Origin: Halobacteriovoraceae bacterium
Lineage (GTDB): Bacteria > Bdellovibrionota > Bacteriovoracia > Bacteriovoracales > Bacteriovoracaceae
DNA: 64,000 bases
Reading direction: 5' to 3'
Assembly: GCA_963719505.1 (NCBI GenBank)
Contig: CAVRCF010000001.1
Span: 896,001-960,000, forward strand
Shown: positions 61,546 to 64,000 of the stretch, in pieces
Layout of the letters: each line of letters opens with the position of its first letter
How positions within the stretch are numbered: the first letter of the stretch is position 1
Program-made: the position numbers and the translations under genes
Notes under the pieces: generated by a model
Databases searched by the model: none
What the model was told of the DNA's origin: nothing
What the model saw: the letters and a program-made list of their open reading frames with translations, nothing else

Positions 61546-62670
61546 ATGAAAAAATTATTAACAGGAGTTTCATTTTTAGTATGTATTTTAAATTTTACTT
61601 CTCAAAAGACAATCACAAGTACTTTTCAATCTAATCTCAGTTTTTTAAGGTCACCATCTTCAGTCGAAGACGTTGGTATTATAGGCCCTGAAGGCGATGT
61701 CATTTTATTTTAAAAAGACAAGGATCGCATCATTGTAAAGAACTGTGGAACCAACACAATTCTTGGACACACTCCTGCTGAGGCAAGAAAAAACTGTGAT
61801 GGGCCTGTAAATAAGGTTCCTATAGAATCTTTTAAAAATGCTTTAAGAAGTTTAGTTTCTACTGATCGTTTGAATGTGCTTAAACCACTTACACCAGAAG
61901 AAGTTGATGCTTATAATAAAAATGAGCCAAGTTTAGATCAGATTGAGAAAATGGGTATTGAACTTGATCGTATTAATGCTTTTATAACGGCTTATGGTGC
62001 AGAGAACGCCAACCTTGTACGAAAAGAGGAATTAGTAAAAGCACTTAGATCATCTTCGACTCGTGTTGATGCAATTAAAAAAATTAATGTAGAGATTAAA
62101 AATACATTTACACTAATAACAAGCCAAACAAAACTAACTCTTGCAAAATTTAATACAGATAAAGACAAGTTTCTTTATACTGTTTTGAAAAACTTTGATC
62201 CAACTCAGAAATTTCCATGTGGACTTAAAGGTTCTGTGGATGAAAGAATTAAAGACTGCTCTTATCAATTAACTTCTGAGAAAGAAGGCTTTGTTCTGGT
62301 GACAAGATCAAAAGACTTTAAAGAAGTTCATAAAGAAGTTTCAACAGGTCTTTTTTGGAGTGATAGACTTCCAAAAACTATGAATCATTACAGCGCAGAA
62401 AAAGCTTGTAATTCAAGCTTAAAAGAAGTTGCAGGTATTTCAGGCGTTACTTGGAGACTTCCATCAAAAGAAGAATACGAACAAGCCGAGAAAAATGGTA
62501 TCCGCAAGGCACTACCAAATATGAGCTACTGGTTCTGGTCTTCTTCGGTGCACCGTAACAACTCTGACTACGCGTGGCTGTTCAACGGCTACGACGGCTT
62601 CGTTGACTACTACTACCGCAGCGACGGCAACGACTACGACTACTACTCGGTTCGGTGCGTAGCGCGCTAG
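61546..62670 (+). pseudogene. DGR target protein: signal peptide plus C-terminal CLec/DUF1566-type domain, with in-frame TAA at 61711-61713
   Basis: GGGAG RBS and ATG at 61546 are in frame with ORF 61870-62670; TGLFW, A...C, WRLPS.EE, FWSSS, AW.F, SVRCV motifs. Confidence 0.85.
62524..62670 (+). repeat. DGR variable repeat (VR) with GC-rich IMH-like 3' end
   Basis: 31 of the last 49 sense codons are NNC; all adenines in 62524-62658 are at positions 1-2 of NNC codons; abrupt GC increase. Confidence 0.88.
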
Positions 62671-62705
62671 GCGTGGAAAAGTATGATTTGATTATTTTAT
62701 AATTT

Positions 62706-62724
62706 GGACCGCGACTAGCGGTCC
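62706..62724 (+). promoter_or_regulatory. GC-rich hairpin/cruciform downstream of the VR
   Basis: GGACCGC-GACTA-GCGGTCC, 35 nt after the stop codon. Confidence 0.75.
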
Positions 62725-62755
62725 TTTAACTTTTTATGAACATGGAATTATTTGA

Positions 62756-62932
62756 GTGGCAAGATTTCAACATTTACCATTGTATAAAGCAACTTATAGT
62801 CTGTGCTTGAATGCCCATAGACTCAAATTAAAAATGCCAAAACGTCTAAAGCATGATGCTGGGGAAGCATTTGTAAGCAATTGCTTGAAATGTGTGAAAA
62901 TAATAATTATTGCAAATCAAATACAAGAAAAA
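62756..62932 (+). pseudogene. avd: Truncated Avd-like four-helix-bundle gene; the ORF runs on into unrelated sequence to 63139
   Basis: MARFQHLPLYKATYSL...MPK..K...G...I..AN...EK matches the N-terminal half of Avd-type proteins; similarity lost after about residue 59. Confidence 0.7.
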
Positions 62933-63220
62933 TATAACGAGACGACTTTTTCCCAACTTTTCAGGACCGGGCGACGAGCTGGTCCAAATTCTAATATCAT
63001 AGCCTGGAAGCATTCGGGCTTTTGTATCCAAACTTTGAATAGAGTTTATATTCTCGTTAATAACCTTCATAGATCCATTTTAAGCAACACAAAAAATGGA
63101 TTTTATCGTTTTGTATACGTGCTCGTATTTATCATTTAGAAAATGGAATATTTTGCAAAATGGGGAGGGGGGACTATAAGTAAATATTCAATGTGTCGAT
63201 AAAGCATTAAGGGAGATTTT

Positions 63221-63868
63221 ATGAAATTTATTTTTTTATTTTTGTCGATTACTTTTACTTTTTCATCGTTTGCACAATTAAATGAGAAACATATAAGACC
63301 TTACAGTGACTTTCCCGAAGAAGGTTATCCAGAATTTGAAAAAATTGGAATTCCAATAGGAACAACTTTTAATTTTCAAAAGCCAAAAAAATCCGAACTT
63401 GACTGTGAGCCTGGTATTGCAAAGGGGGGGAGCGAAAGGTTAAATGAACAGGATGCAGCGGTGTAAAAGTTCTATACTTCTTCTGGTGAGCAGGTCTGTA
63501 ATAAAACATGGGAATTTTTAAAGCTACTTGCTTTAGGGGGTGATGCTTGTTCACTTTTTTACTTTAAAAATTCACCTTCTAATATGAGCTGCACTTTAAG
63601 AACTATTTTACCTGATTGGGATACTTTAACTTATATCTTTCAAGAGAAAAACTGCCCTATACTTTCGTGTAGAGCAGCTCTTGCCCCTAGGTACAGAAAC
63701 TTCACCAGGGAAATAAATGATAGTTTAGGGAAATATGTCTCATTTGAAGTTAACAGAGCTTCTACTGACGAGGCACAATTGGTCAATTCTAATAGAGAAA
63801 ATGGCAAAAACTTTGAAACTGAGTCTAAGCCCAATAAAGTTAGACATCACAATGCAACTGAACAGTAG
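63221..63868 (+). pseudogene. Secreted hypothetical protein with in-frame TAA at 63464-63466
   Basis: ORFs 63221-63466 and 63584-63868 share one frame, and the intervening codons are open (KFYTSSGEQVCNKTWEFLKLL...). Confidence 0.7.
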
Positions 63869-64000
63869 ATACACCATTTCAAATATGATGTTTACGGTAG
63901 GTTGTAGCCCAATTATCAAATATACACTTTCTCCATCTTCAAAGAAGTCAGAAATGACAAGGGGTAAAGGCGAGATACACAACAAATAGAACCTAGAGGA

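Noticed and set aside
63424-63430. G7 tract as a phase-variation switch
   Set aside because: The gene is interrupted by an in-frame stop rather than a frameshift at this tract
61711-63466. TAA recoding suggested by two in-frame TAA stops in island genes
   Set aside because: TAA is the dominant true stop throughout the window; decay or sequencing error is simpler
1-64000. CRISPR array, retron or reverse transcriptase, integrase, prophage genes
   Set aside because: No regularly spaced repeats, RT (YxDD-type) ORF, tyrosine/serine recombinase or phage structural genes were seen

Overview
AT-rich bacterial chromosome segment. Gene content and style suggest a predatory Bdellovibrionota (Bacteriovoracaceae/Halobacteriovorax-like); this is inference, not a database result. 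Positions 1-16.7 kb are core envelope and translation genes: prfB (partial), lysS, lolE/lolD-like, bamA, skp, lpxD, fabZ, lpxA, a gnnA-like oxidoreductase, lpxB, lpxK and rpsA. bamA and rpsA carry indels that are most likely consensus errors. Positions 16.8-55.5 kb hold secreted peptidases, paralogous hydrophobic secreted proteins, a SUV3-like helicase, a DUF455/ATP-grasp-like pair, HD-GYP proteins, a beta-carbonic anhydrase with a putative PPP leader ORF, reverse-transsulfuration enzymes, tandem ArsA/GET3 ATPases, a sigma28-promoted TPR lipoprotein operon, an Opp/Dpp ABC system and a giant coiled-coil protein. After tRNA-Leu(TAG) at 55603-55687 lies a decaying accessory island with a complete IS3-family (IS2-like) element, an orphan IS end and several broken secreted-protein genes. 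The main finding is a diversity-generating retroelement (DGR) target cassette at 61546-62932: a signal-peptide, CLec/DUF1566-type target gene with a clear NNC variable repeat, a downstream GC hairpin and a truncated avd-like gene. No template repeat or reverse transcriptase is present in the window.
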